Assembly: GCA_035293345.1 (NCBI GenBank)
Contig: DATDOJ010000264.1
Coordinates: 1-35,925, forward strand
From: Bacteroidia bacterium
Lineage (GTDB): Bacteria > Bacteroidota > Bacteroidia > AKYH767-A > 2013-40CM-41-45
Direction of reading: 5' to 3'
Length of the DNA: 35,925 bases
The notes under the pieces were generated by a model, which had not been told where the DNA came from, made no database searches, and saw nothing but the letters and a program-made list of their open reading frames with translations. Positions 24,689 to 34,455 of the stretch are shown here, piece after piece (the stretch's first letter is position 1; each line of letters opens with the position of its first letter). A program made the translations under genes and the position numbers.

Positions 24689-24746
24689 TTCTCTGAATTT
24701 TCATTTATCGCTTTTTGTATTCGTACTTTCGTGGTCAGTCGAAGCC

Positions 24747-25631
24747 ATGGCAAAAGAAAAAATAATCCCATCTTATGATTTGTACAAAACCCTTGGCGAT
24801 GCATTGGGTTTTGAATTCTGCAAGCTGGAGGAAGCATATAATCCTTACGATGCCACGCTGCCGCACAGGCATAATTATTATGAGATTTTATTTTTCAACG
24901 AAAGCGGTGGCAGCCACGAAATTGATTTCAACTCCTTTCCAATACATAAGAACTCGCTGCATTTTATTTCGCCTGAACAGGTTCATCTGCTCAGGCGGGA
25001 TAAGCATGTGAGCGGCTATGTGATATCTTTCTCAAAAGATTTTTGCTACGAAGAAACTGCAGGAATAGAGTTCATTGACAGCTTTCCGTTTTTCAATAAT
25101 CCCTATGCAGCGCCAATCATTCGGCTCAAAGCAGGAGAGAAAAAAATTATAATGGAAGTAATTGAGAAGATTAATTCAGAATATTTTTCTTCGGGTGAAG
25201 ACAAGGCAAATGTGCTGTCAGCGTACCTCACTATTTTACTTATCGCTGCAAAACGACTCTATAAGCCGCAGAATGTTTCCGGAAAAATTATGCCTCAGCG
25301 CTCAGAGCTTACGCGCAAATTCAAGCTGGAGGTGGAAAATAATTTCATGAAAATTAAATCGGTGAATGAATATGCGGGCATGCTTAACATTTCTTCCGGT
25401 CACCTGAATGACACCGTTCATCACGACACCGGCAGAACTGCAAGTGAAATTATCCATGAGCGGATTATCCTTGAAGCGAAGCGACTTCTGTATCGTTCAG
25501 AAAAAAGCGTGAAAGAAATTGCCTACGCACTCGGTTATGATGACCCGTCTTACTTTGTAAAGTTTTTCAAATCACATGCTGACGAAACGCCTGAAAATTT
25601 CCGCAGGCACATCCGCGAAAAGTATCACTGA
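24747..25631 (+). CDS. AraC family transcriptional regulator
   Basis: N-terminal cupin-like sensor region (PHRHNYYEILFF) and a C-terminal double HTH typical of AraC/XylS (SVNEYAGMLNISSGHLNDTV ... SVKEIAYALGYDDPSYFVKFFK). Confidence 0.9.
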   Translation: MAKEKIIPSYDLYKTLGDALGFEFCKLEEAYNPYDATLPHRHNYYEILFFNESGGSHEIDFNSFPIHKNSLHFISPEQVHLLRRDKHVSGYVISFSKDFCYEETAGIEFIDSFPFFNNPYAAPIIRLKAGEKKIIMEVIEKINSEYFSSGEDKANVLSAYLTILLIAAKRLYKPQNVSGKIMPQRSELTRKFKLEVENNFMKIKSVNEYAGMLNISSGHLNDTVHHDTGRTASEIIHERIILEAKRLLYRSEKSVKEIAYALGYDDPSYFVKFFKSHADETPENFRRHIREKYH

Positions 25632-25634
25632 GAA

Positions 25635-26681
25635 TTATTGTTTCACAAACTTCGCCTGCTGCATATTTTTTCCATCGCTTAATCTGATGAAATAAATTCC
25701 GCTGGCTAAATGAGATACGTCAATGATTGTTGACTTCTGACTTCTGGTTTCCGGCTTCGCGCTATAAATTTTTTGTCCGAGCAAGTCAATAATTTCAACA
25801 CGCACGATTGGTCGTTGCTTATTGCCTATTGCCAATTTGTTTTTTACCGGATTCGGATAAATTGAAATTGCTTCATCCCGAGGCAAAATGTTAATTCCCG
25901 AAGTGCTGTCACAAGACCAAAGCAACGCGTTAGATAATAATCTGTAAAAAGAAGTATCGCTCGTATAATTACTTACATCGTGTCCAAGCGATGTATAAAA
26001 TGACCTGCCGCCACCCGGAAGAATTTTGTACCACGTTACTGCTCGCGCAGAATCATAACTGTTCACTATGTTATTGGGACCGATGGTTTGTTCCACCTTT
26101 TGAAGAGCAATATTTGTTGAATCGAAATATCCGCTTTCCCAATAATAATATTCTTCGGCTTTGTACCACGGATTAGGAATGTAGTTAAGCAACTGATGTG
26201 TTGCTATTGCATCAATCCGGTAAACAGGAGTTCCGTTCACATGATTAGGATTTTGCTGAACGCTTGCACCAAGTGTTTCGGCATACCAGTCCCATCCTCC
26301 CGTGTTTGTTCCGTTGGCTGTTGAATGGCGATAGGTATCACTTGCAGCGTGAATACCTATGAATGCTCCACCATCATTTATATACTGCTCGCAGTTTTGT
26401 TTCTGAACAACATCGAGAATATTATCTCCCGAAGTGTTGGAAAAAATTACCGCATCATATTGCTGAAGATTGCTGAGTGAATTAAAAGATTGTCCTGTGC
26501 TGTCATCATCCACAGTAAATCCATACTGGGCGCCCATCTGTTGAAACATGGCAAACGATGCATTGCGTGTCTGATGGTCGAACCCTGACGTTTCAGTGTA
26601 ATGAAGCACCCTGCATTGCTGCGAATGTGAAAGAAAACAATTACATATAGAAGCAAGAAATAAGAATGTAATTTTTTTCAT
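25635..26681 (-). CDS. secreted ThuA-like (class I glutamine amidotransferase-like fold) protein with T9SS type A sorting domain
   Basis: Signal peptide MKKITFLFLASICNCFLSHSQ. ThuA-like motifs VLHYTETSGFDH, YDAVIFSNTSG, GGAFIGIHAASDT, RSFYTSLGH. C-terminal IYPNPVKNKLAI...GIYFIRLSDGKNMQQAKFVKQ. Confidence 0.85.
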   Translation of the reverse strand: MKKITFLFLASICNCFLSHSQQCRVLHYTETSGFDHQTRNASFAMFQQMGAQYGFTVDDDSTGQSFNSLSNLQQYDAVIFSNTSGDNILDVVQKQNCEQYINDGGAFIGIHAASDTYRHSTANGTNTGGWDWYAETLGASVQQNPNHVNGTPVYRIDAIATHQLLNYIPNPWYKAEEYYYWESGYFDSTNIALQKVEQTIGPNNIVNSYDSARAVTWYKILPGGGRSFYTSLGHDVSNYTSDTSFYRLLSNALLWSCDSTSGINILPRDEAISIYPNPVKNKLAIGNKQRPIVRVEIIDLLGQKIYSAKPETRSQKSTIIDVSHLASGIYFIRLSDGKNMQQAKFVKQ

Positions 26682-26852
26682 CGCGGCTGATTAATTGTTT
26701 TCCCAAATGTAGAAAACTATTACGCACGGTTTCCTGCTCAATAGGGAACAAATTTTCTTACAATCCGCCCATTGTCTGAAAACAAAATGAAGTCATGGAA
26801 AAATAAATGAGAAAGTTGTTGGATGGCGTTCATATTAGTTTACATTTGAAAC

Positions 26853-27041
26853 ATGAATAAAAGAGATACCAGAAAGCCGACACGCAGAAGAAGAAGAGGC
26901 GCGCTTATTCTTACCCAGCCGACTCCCAAAGCTAAAATCAGAGTGCAGCTTGATGCGCGCACTGTCATCACGCTTCCTCACATGTCATCGCTTAAGTTGT
27001 GGAAAGACCGTTATCCTGACGCGAAGATACTCAGTCAGTAA
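26853..27041 (+). CDS. small basic hypothetical protein (62 aa)
   Basis: ATG-started ORF with an arginine-rich N-terminus (KPTRRRRRG). TACATTTG (a TAnnTTTG -7-box match) lies at 26843..26850, directly upstream. No homology evidence is available. Confidence 0.35.
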   Translation: MNKRDTRKPTRRRRRGALILTQPTPKAKIRVQLDARTVITLPHMSSLKLWKDRYPDAKILSQ

Positions 27042-27181
27042 CCCGTCATCCTTTTCCGGATTACAATCAGCAGGCGCTTGCTGCCGCTAATGTTTTTTTA
27101 TGCCGGCTGCAAGAGTTGCTTCGGGTAAATTTCTTTTCTCATACTTTCCTCTTTCAGCCGCCTGAAGAGAAAGAAATAAAA

Positions 27182-28024
27182 TCACTCCCCTGCCGCTTTC
27201 AGTTTTGCCAGTTGCATAAGCTGCAATGCGCGCGCGCTCGGCACAAACTGCTGAAACGCACTTCGCTGCATCAATCCTTTTCTGCGCATGAGTATCATGA
27301 GCTTTCCCAATCCCCCGCTCGAATAGCCGGTGAGCTTTTGCAACTCTTCATACCTGCCGCTGCCTTTGTTATAGAAATGAATCAGCAGCCGCGCTGCCCC
27401 CTCGCGTGCCGAATCGCGCGAGCGCTGGAATATTTGCTTCTCAAGCACTGCCGCAAGCATATAAATATTTTGGTCTGATGAATTTATCGTTTGGGGAAGG
27501 GAAGAAACGGGTTCATTTGCTCCCATGGTTTGCTCAAGAGCAAGATGAACCGATTGCTTCGATGCAGTTTCCTTTTCCGAAGCGGGAAGAATATTTTCAT
27601 TATGTGGAATTGTTGATAAGGAATCGGACGAAACCACTTCATTCGTTCCACTCTCCTTTTGAGAAGGGGATAAAATGGGTTCGTTCATTCCACTTTCCTT
27701 TTTGGGAGTGGGCGAAATGGACTCATTCATTCCCTTTTCCTTTTTGGAATCGGATGAAATGAACTCATTCATTCCGCTTTCCTTTTGCAGAGTGGATGAA
27801 ATCAACTCATTTGTCCCGATTTCCTTTTGAGGATTGGATGGATACAGTTGAATTATCCCACTCTCCTGCGATGGATTGGAAGAAACAGGATTATTTCCCC
27901 CTGTTTGATTTCCGGCACGGGTATTATTCAACTTAAGCATATCAATTTGTTCCAGCAGTACGGATATAATCTTGCGTAACTGTACAATTTCATTTTGCAA
28001 AGCGGATATATCGGGAGCATCCAT
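27182..28024 (-). CDS. coiled-coil / tandem 14-aa repeat / possible winged-helix DNA-binding protein
   Basis: N-terminal heptad segment ISALQNEIVQLRKIISVLLEQIDMLKL. Five 14-aa repeats xxxxKE(S/I/K)G(M/T)NExIS. The C-terminal ~90 aa resembles a MarR-like wHTH (ARLLIHFYNKGSGRYEELQKLTGYSSGGLGKLMILMRRKGLMQRS). TACATTTG, a -7 box on the minus strand, is at 28073..28080. Confidence 0.75.
   Translation of the reverse strand: MDAPDISALQNEIVQLRKIISVLLEQIDMLKLNNTRAGNQTGGNNPVSSNPSQESGIIQLYPSNPQKEIGTNELISSTLQKESGMNEFISSDSKKEKGMNESISPTPKKESGMNEPILSPSQKESGTNEVVSSDSLSTIPHNENILPASEKETASKQSVHLALEQTMGANEPVSSLPQTINSSDQNIYMLAAVLEKQIFQRSRDSAREGAARLLIHFYNKGSGRYEELQKLTGYSSGGLGKLMILMRRKGLMQRSAFQQFVPSARALQLMQLAKLKAAGE
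27621..27830. repeat. five tandem 42-bp repeats inside the coding sequence
   Basis: Units start at about 27621, 27663, 27705, 27747 and 27789. An example unit is GAATCGGATGAAATGAACTCATTCATTCCGCTTTCCTTTTGC. They encode the 14-aa protein repeats and also create the spurious antisense ORF 27406..27762. Confidence 0.9.
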
Positions 28025-28115
28025 GGCAGAAAGTTTTTGTGTTGTTCAAAAAAAGAAAACGAATTGAGGAATCAAATGTAAGAGTTTTTTGGTGATGATA
28101 AAAATTTAAACAACA

Positions 28116-28150
28116 AGCCCGCTGACGATTTCAGAAATCGTCAGCGGGCT
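28116..28150 (-). terminator. strong intrinsic terminator downstream of the giant T9SS gene
   Basis: AGCCCGCTGACGATT (28116..28130), loop TCAGA, AATCGTCAGCGGGCT (28136..28150): a perfect 15-bp stem. On the minus strand it is followed by TTGTTGTTTAAATTTTTATC. Confidence 0.8.
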
Positions 28151-28191
28151 ATGCAAAAATATATTCCCGCGAAATAAAATTTAACCCGAAC

Positions 28192-31100
28192 CTATTCTTT
28201 CTTAATCACTCTCACAAAACCGTGATATGATTTCTTGTCGGGCGTGTTGAGGATATAATAATAAGTGTCGTCATTCACTTCGGCAGCATCCCAGTTGTTC
28301 AGGTATTTGTCCGCTTTAAACACAAGCATTCCCCAGCGGTTAAATATTTCGAGAGCGGAGTTTGCGGGCAATCCCTCAATCACAAAATAGTCGTTGTAGC
28401 CGGGAGAGTTGGGTCTGGGAGTGAACACGTTCGGGATGACAAAGTCGGGGAATAAAAGAATGAGCGTGTCCGTTGCTGCATTGCAGGCATTGGCGGAGTG
28501 AAGCACAAGATAAATGAAGCCGCTGTTGTAATCCGTTTGGCTCGGATGATAGACAGCATTGAGCGAGAAGGAATCGGGAGTGAATGTTCCCGAGCCGGTG
28601 GTTGTCCACCAGCCGCCACCTGCCCCTGTCACCGTTCCGGCAATCGTTGCTGTTGCACCGCGGTTCACGGTTTGGTCAGGTCCTGCATATACACTGAGGA
28701 AGGAGTTCACTGCAACAATAATAGTGTCGCTTTGGTTGGTGCAGATGTTTCCTGTGGTTGTGAGAATAAGCGTTACCGTTCCTGCTGCAATGTCAGCAGC
28801 ACCGGGGATATATGTGGCATTGAGTGTTTGCGCGTTAGGGATAAATGTTCCGTCACCAAGAGTTGTCCATATTCCTCCTCCTGCATTCTGTGTTATTCCG
28901 TTAAGCACTAATGAATCTATATTGCAGATGGCAGTGTCGTTTCCGGCAATGGCAACGCCCCACGGATTTACAAATACTCTGACGCTGTCAGAAGCTGAAC
29001 ATCCGGTGGCATTCGTTACGGTAACAAAGTATATTGTGGTTAGCGCGGGAGAAACAATAATGGATGATGTGGTGTCATTGCCCGGTGTCCATAGATAGGT
29101 AACACCACCGGCTGCCGTTAATGTGGCGCTGTCGCCAAAGCAAATCGTTGTATCGGAAGTTATTGTCACTATGGGGAGAGGAACTATGGTGAGTGTGACA
29201 AACGCTGTGTCGTTGGGACAGGGAGCATTGGCAACAACCATGTAGAGAATGATTATGCCCGTGTCCGCAGGCGAGGGCGTGTAAATGGTTGTGTCATTAT
29301 TCAGGTCGCTGAATATGCCGCTGCCTGAAGTGAACCAGGAAAGATTTGCCGTTGATGCATCACCGTACAATTGTATCGGTTGACTTACGCAGATGACAGT
29401 ATCGGTTGGCGTAGCTGTTGCAACAGGTTTCGGGTTAATGAAAACGTTGTATGATACCGGCAAGCCGGTGCATCCATTTGCCGAAACCTCCACGATGGTC
29501 AATGAGCCGGAAGGCGGAGCGCCCCACGTTACAGTCACGCTGTTCGAACTGTCATTCGGACTCGTGATTGTTCCGTTATTAATTGTCCAGAGATAATAAG
29601 AACCCGCTGTGGGATTGACGCCATACGTAACTCCCGTGTCGCCTTCGCAAACAAGCGTGCTTCCACCGCTTAACGTTGTATTCGGGCGAGGGTTAATGAC
29701 GATGTTTGTGATTAAAGCACTTCCCGTGCAGCCGAAAGAATCTGTTTCCGAAACGGTGATGCTTCCACCGCTACCGAATCCCCAGGTCACCGTGATGGTG
29801 TCTCCGTTTTGCGTGAACAACCCTCCCGTAACAATCCAGTTGTATGTTGAGCCGGGTGTGTTGCCCACATAATAGACAGAGACATCATATTCGCAGACCG
29901 TGTCCGGACCGGTCAATATAAGAGGAGCAGGAAGAGGATGCACCACCACATTGAATGTGTCGGAAACTCCAATACATCCGAATGCATTCATCTCGGTGAC
30001 AATCACGGTTTGATTTCCGGGAGTTGTCCATTGAATATCCATTGTGTCATTTCCCTGCGCACCGGGAACTCCGCTTGAGACAACCCATGTATATATACTT
30101 CCCGCAGTTGCAGGAGATGCTATGTATTGACCGAATTCATTCTGGCAAAGCGTATCGGTTCCCGCAATTGTTATTGCAACAGGAGAAGGATTGATAGTGA
30201 CATTTAAGATTGACGTGCTTCCCATACATCCGAAGAAATTATATTCGGTGACGGAAACAGTTCCGCTGCCTGCTGCTCCCCAGTTCACCGTAATTTGATT
30301 CGACCCATTGCCGCTTGCAATTGTTCCACCTGTCACAGTCCATGAATAAACAGAACCGGCATTATTGGTTACGGAATACACTGCGCTGCTGCCTTCGCAT
30401 ACGGTGTCGGGTCCGCTGATTACAGAAGTTACAGGAAGAGGAATAACTGTTATCTGAACCGTTGCGATTGCATCAGGACAGGGAGGATTGCTCACCGTCA
30501 TGGTCAATGTGACGAACGGTACGTCTGCACTTCCGGTTGTGTATGTCGGAGATGCTGAAGTTGGATTACTGAATGTTCCGTTGCCTGATGTTGTCCAGAG
30601 AATGGTTCCGTTAGTTGCTGTCCCGTTCAACTGAACATTTCCGCCAAGGCAAACCGTATCCTGAACCGCAGTGGCGCTTGCCGTTGGCGTTCCGTTAATT
30701 GTTACTGTTAAAGTTTGCGGAGCACCGGGGCATCCGGATGAATTCACTTCAACAACAGTGATGGTTGCCGTTCCGGGAAGTCCCCAGTCAATCGTCACAG
30801 AGTTTGTTCCCTGTCCGAAAGTTATGTTTCCGTTTCCGGCAACAGACCAGTTGTATGTTGAACCGGCAGTCGGAGGAACGGAGTAAACACTTCCGAGTGT
30901 TCCTTCGCACACAAGCGTGGGTCCTGTTATCGGTGGTGTTATGGGAACAGGGTTAATGACTACATTTAATATTACAGCAGTATCAGAACAACCCACAGCA
31001 TTTGTTTCGACAACAGTAATTGTTCCGCTTCCCGGAGCGCCCCAGGTGACGTTGATGTTGCTTCCCGTTCCTGTGAGAGGAAGCCCCCCTATCACCGTCC

Positions 31101-34100
31101 ATGCATACGTTGAACCGGCAACATTGGTCACGGAATAATTGGCGCTGCTTCCCGCGCAGACGGTGTCCGGTCCTGTGATGACCGATGTGTTCGGTAAAGG
31201 ATTGATGGTAACATTCAGCACTACCGGTGCTCCTGCGCATCCGAAAGAATTTGTCTCGACAACAGTAACCGTTCCTCCGCCTGCGCTGCCCCAGTCAACA
31301 AAGATGGTGTCGTTGCCCTGACCGCTTGCGATGGTTCCGCCTGTTACTGTCCATGTGAATGTTGAACCCGCACTTCCCGATGTGGTGTACATCTGCCCGA
31401 GAACATTTTCACAAACACTTGCTGCGCCATTAATGGATGATGTGACAGGAACAGGATTTACTGTTACAACAACGGTGTCTGTATCGCTGCAGCTTCCTGT
31501 TGTTCCGATAACGATGAACTGATACGGTGAACCTGATGCAGGCAACGGAGGACTTACAACAGTGGATGAAGTTGTATCACCGTTACTCCATTGGTATGAC
31601 AGCGCACCGTTTGCCGTTAATGTCAGTGCATCTCCTTCGCAAATCGTCTGGTTGCCGCTGGTTGTCAAAACCACACCTGCTACAATCGGAATCGTTGTTG
31701 AAAGAGTATCAACGCATCCTGTTACTCCGTCTGTAACAATGACTATGAACGTATAATTGCCGACTACCGGTGGATACGTTGTTGTGACGGATGATGAATC
31801 CAAATTAGATGATGTGATATAAATATAATCAGGAGACAAATACCACTCGTATGTCGAGCCGGCACCCGCTCCTGTAATTGTGAGTATCGCCTGCAGCAGC
31901 GGGTCGGTCGTACAAAGCGCTCCCGGATTTCCTGTGAGTGTTGGCGGGGGATAAACATTCACCGTGGCAGTAACGGTTGAATCGCATCCTGATGCAGCAG
32001 CAACAGTAAGAGTAAACACTGTGGTTGTGGTTACCGTTGCCGTTGTAATTAATAATGTGTCATTTGCTATCGGAACAGGTGGCGCTGAAGTCCATAGATA
32101 TGTTGTTCCCGGGTTGGTGTCGCTGCCTGTTCCGTCAAGAGTGACCACTGTAGCAACACCGTCACAAATAATATTCGGAAGCACGGAAGCAACTGCCGCA
32201 GGATTAGTAGTGGCATTGGCGGAAACCGAAACGCTGTCCGAACATCCTGTGGATGTATCCGTCACGACAAGAGTAAACACATCACTCGTGCAGATGATAG
32301 CAGATGTAACTAATGACGATGGCGAACCAATCGGATTTCCTCCCGCGCTCGTCCAGAGATAAACCATTCCCGGTGTGCTGCCGGTGCCATTCAGCGAAAC
32401 CGTGTCGCATCCGCAGAAAGGAGGAATGGGCGATGCCACTGCAACAGGAAGCGGGTTGACATTCACCGTTGCGGTTAGCTGCTGCGTACATGTTCCTGTT
32501 GTTCCTAATACAGTAAATGTTGTTGTCGCTGTCGGAGAGACATTCTGAGAAGCAAGAGTTGAATCGGCAAACGCATAAGCCGGACTTGCCGTCCATGCAT
32601 AAGTTGTCGCGCCTGTGGCTGTGATGGTAACGGATTGCCCCGCACAAATGGTGAACGGTCCGTTTATTCCCATCGTCAAACCCGGCTGGATGGTGAAGGA
32701 TGTTGAAAGCGTATCCACGCATCCTGTTACTCCGTCTGTGACAATAACCGTGAAGTTGTATGTGGCGGGAACTCCAGAAGGATATGTTGCGGTAACAGAC
32801 GATGAGTCAACGTTAGAAGAAGTGATGTATGAATAATCAGCCGACAGGTACCACTCATAAGTGGAACCTGCACCCGCACCCGTCACCGTGAATGTTGATG
32901 TGAGTGGATTAGGGTCAGTTGCACACAACACCGAAGGCGGTGAGTTAAGTGTTGGCGGAGGGAACACGTTTAAGTCAACACAATCGGGAGTTGAAACACA
33001 GCCGAGTGAATCGGTGACCACCAGACAGTAAGTGACATTTGCAGAAACTATAGTTGTCGGATTTGCAATTGTCGAATCACTTAATCCAGTTCCGGGAGTC
33101 CATGCATAGGTGTAAGGCGGAGTACCGCTCGATGCGCTTCCGTTTAGTTGCACCGAAGAATACCTGCAAACAGTGGTATCATTTCCCGCATTGGCAATTG
33201 GCAGAGGAGTAATCACAACTGAAGTTGTATCCGTGGCAGTACAGCCGTTCGCATCGGTGATAGTGATGGTGAATACATAAGGACCACCGGGCGGCAATCC
33301 TGAAACACTCGTGTTCTGACATGTGGGGCATGCAATAGTTCCCGGACCCGACCACTGATATGAAACAGGAGCTGTTGCATTGCTGTCGGTTGATGTTAAT
33401 GACACGGCAGTGCCCTGGCAAACAGGCGATGGTGAAGCGGCAGTTACAACAGGAGGAGGAAGAAGATTGACAACGATGGTAGTTGTATCCGGTCCGCATG
33501 CTCCGTCAACGATGAGCGTCACGGTGAATGGAGGAATACCTACAAAGATGTGTGTAGGATTTTGCAGGTTGGAAGTATTGGACGGTCCCGATAGCGGGTC
33601 ACCGAAATCCCAAGACCAGTTCACGATATTCGGATTGGTGAAAGGCGGGTCGGGCAGAACACTGGCGCTCCCGGTGAAAGAAACGGGCTGCCCTACGCAT
33701 GTGGTCACAGGTGAATAGTTAATCGCAGGAAACAAATCCTGTATCGTAATTTCCTGTGTAAAAATTGTAGTGCCGCAGGCATTGGAGGCACGCAGCGAAA
33801 TTTCATAGGTGCCTATAGAGTCGTAGCAAACTGTCGTATCGGCTCCCGAAGCAGGAAGATAAGGACATGTTGTGCACAACCGCCAACTGTAGGTTACCGG
33901 TGTGCCATGAGGAATGGTGGTGTTCTGCAGTGTGATGCATGCCGGCACGCAGGCAACAATAGGGTTAGCATTGAAACTGGTTGACGGGCGGGCAATGATG
34001 CCGTCATCGGGAGTTGTGGCGGTGATGGTGAACTGTTCCGGATTGCCTGCTTCTCCGTCAACCATGATGTAATAGACCGTGCCCGGTGTAGTGGCAAAAG

Positions 34101-34455
34101 AAATGGTTGCCGAACCGGCAGGACCAAATCCGGTATCGCATGCACCGGCAATGGGAACGAGCGAGCCGCAGCTTCCTGTATAAGCCGAGATGCTTAGACC
34201 TGCGGCACTGTCAATGTTAGTAAGTGTGATAATCGCTGTTCCGTTGTTGATGCCAAGAATGGTAAACCACATGCTTCGCTGAACAACTCCGTCACCGCAT
34301 GGAAGCGCAGGGTCACTGGCAACCGTTGTTGCCCCTATCGTTGTGGAAGAAACCGAACTGCCTCCGCAAAGCGCGGTTGCATTAGCGCAATCGTCCTGTG
34401 CCCGGACCGCTGCTACCGTACAGATTAAAAAAAGAAATACCGTGAGAAATTTCAT
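28192..34455 (-). CDS. giant (2087 aa) cell-surface adhesin-like protein with Ig/PKD-like repeats and a T9SS type B (gliding motility-associated) C-terminal domain
   Basis: Signal peptide MKFLTVFLFLICTVAAVRAQ. Dozens of ~80-aa T/S/G/V-rich Ig-like modules with paired cysteines (..C.G..V.L.A.G...Y.W..). The C-terminus PNVFTPRPNSPGYNDYFVIEGLPANSALEIFNRWGMLVFKADKYLNNWDA...YYYIL...GFVRVIKKE matches the gliding-motility C-terminal domain pattern. Confidence 0.93.
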   Translation of the reverse strand: MKFLTVFLFLICTVAAVRAQDDCANATALCGGSSVSSTTIGATTVASDPALPCGDGVVQRSMWFTILGINNGTAIITLTNIDSAAGLSISAYTGSCGSLVPIAGACDTGFGPAGSATISFATTPGTVYYIMVDGEAGNPEQFTITATTPDDGIIARPSTSFNANPIVACVPACITLQNTTIPHGTPVTYSWRLCTTCPYLPASGADTTVCYDSIGTYEISLRASNACGTTIFTQEITIQDLFPAINYSPVTTCVGQPVSFTGSASVLPDPPFTNPNIVNWSWDFGDPLSGPSNTSNLQNPTHIFVGIPPFTVTLIVDGACGPDTTTIVVNLLPPPVVTAASPSPVCQGTAVSLTSTDSNATAPVSYQWSGPGTIACPTCQNTSVSGLPPGGPYVFTITITDANGCTATDTTSVVITPLPIANAGNDTTVCRYSSVQLNGSASSGTPPYTYAWTPGTGLSDSTIANPTTIVSANVTYCLVVTDSLGCVSTPDCVDLNVFPPPTLNSPPSVLCATDPNPLTSTFTVTGAGAGSTYEWYLSADYSYITSSNVDSSSVTATYPSGVPATYNFTVIVTDGVTGCVDTLSTSFTIQPGLTMGINGPFTICAGQSVTITATGATTYAWTASPAYAFADSTLASQNVSPTATTTFTVLGTTGTCTQQLTATVNVNPLPVAVASPIPPFCGCDTVSLNGTGSTPGMVYLWTSAGGNPIGSPSSLVTSAIICTSDVFTLVVTDTSTGCSDSVSVSANATTNPAAVASVLPNIICDGVATVVTLDGTGSDTNPGTTYLWTSAPPVPIANDTLLITTATVTTTTVFTLTVAAASGCDSTVTATVNVYPPPTLTGNPGALCTTDPLLQAILTITGAGAGSTYEWYLSPDYIYITSSNLDSSSVTTTYPPVVGNYTFIVIVTDGVTGCVDTLSTTIPIVAGVVLTTSGNQTICEGDALTLTANGALSYQWSNGDTTSSTVVSPPLPASGSPYQFIVIGTTGSCSDTDTVVVTVNPVPVTSSINGAASVCENVLGQMYTTSGSAGSTFTWTVTGGTIASGQGNDTIFVDWGSAGGGTVTVVETNSFGCAGAPVVLNVTINPLPNTSVITGPDTVCAGSSANYSVTNVAGSTYAWTVIGGLPLTGTGSNINVTWGAPGSGTITVVETNAVGCSDTAVILNVVINPVPITPPITGPTLVCEGTLGSVYSVPPTAGSTYNWSVAGNGNITFGQGTNSVTIDWGLPGTATITVVEVNSSGCPGAPQTLTVTINGTPTASATAVQDTVCLGGNVQLNGTATNGTILWTTSGNGTFSNPTSASPTYTTGSADVPFVTLTMTVSNPPCPDAIATVQITVIPLPVTSVISGPDTVCEGSSAVYSVTNNAGSVYSWTVTGGTIASGNGSNQITVNWGAAGSGTVSVTEYNFFGCMGSTSILNVTINPSPVAITIAGTDTLCQNEFGQYIASPATAGSIYTWVVSSGVPGAQGNDTMDIQWTTPGNQTVIVTEMNAFGCIGVSDTFNVVVHPLPAPLILTGPDTVCEYDVSVYYVGNTPGSTYNWIVTGGLFTQNGDTITVTWGFGSGGSITVSETDSFGCTGSALITNIVINPRPNTTLSGGSTLVCEGDTGVTYGVNPTAGSYYLWTINNGTITSPNDSSNSVTVTWGAPPSGSLTIVEVSANGCTGLPVSYNVFINPKPVATATPTDTVICVSQPIQLYGDASTANLSWFTSGSGIFSDLNNDTTIYTPSPADTGIIILYMVVANAPCPNDTAFVTLTIVPLPIVTITSDTTICFGDSATLTAAGGVTYLWTPGNDTTSSIIVSPALTTIYFVTVTNATGCSASDSVRVFVNPWGVAIAGNDTAICNIDSLVLNGITQNAGGGIWTTLGDGTFIPNAQTLNATYIPGAADIAAGTVTLILTTTGNICTNQSDTIIVAVNSFLSVYAGPDQTVNRGATATIAGTVTGAGGGWWTTTGSGTFTPDSFSLNAVYHPSQTDYNSGFIYLVLHSANACNAATDTLILLFPDFVIPNVFTPRPNSPGYNDYFVIEGLPANSALEIFNRWGMLVFKADKYLNNWDAAEVNDDTYYYILNTPDKKSYHGFVRVIKKE

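Noticed and set aside
27406-27762. 118-aa + strand ORF antisense to the repeat protein gene.
   Set aside because: It is held open by the 42-bp coding repeats of the minus-strand gene. Its sequence is a repeat shadow (…HSFHFPFWEW…) with no independent start or promoter signals.
34425-34435. T7/A7 homopolymer within the signal-peptide codons of the giant adhesin gene, as a possible slipped-strand phase-variation tract.
   Set aside because: Seven nucleotides is short for a contingency tract and arises naturally from Phe/Leu codons of a signal peptide. Similar A7 runs occur at other MKK starts here.
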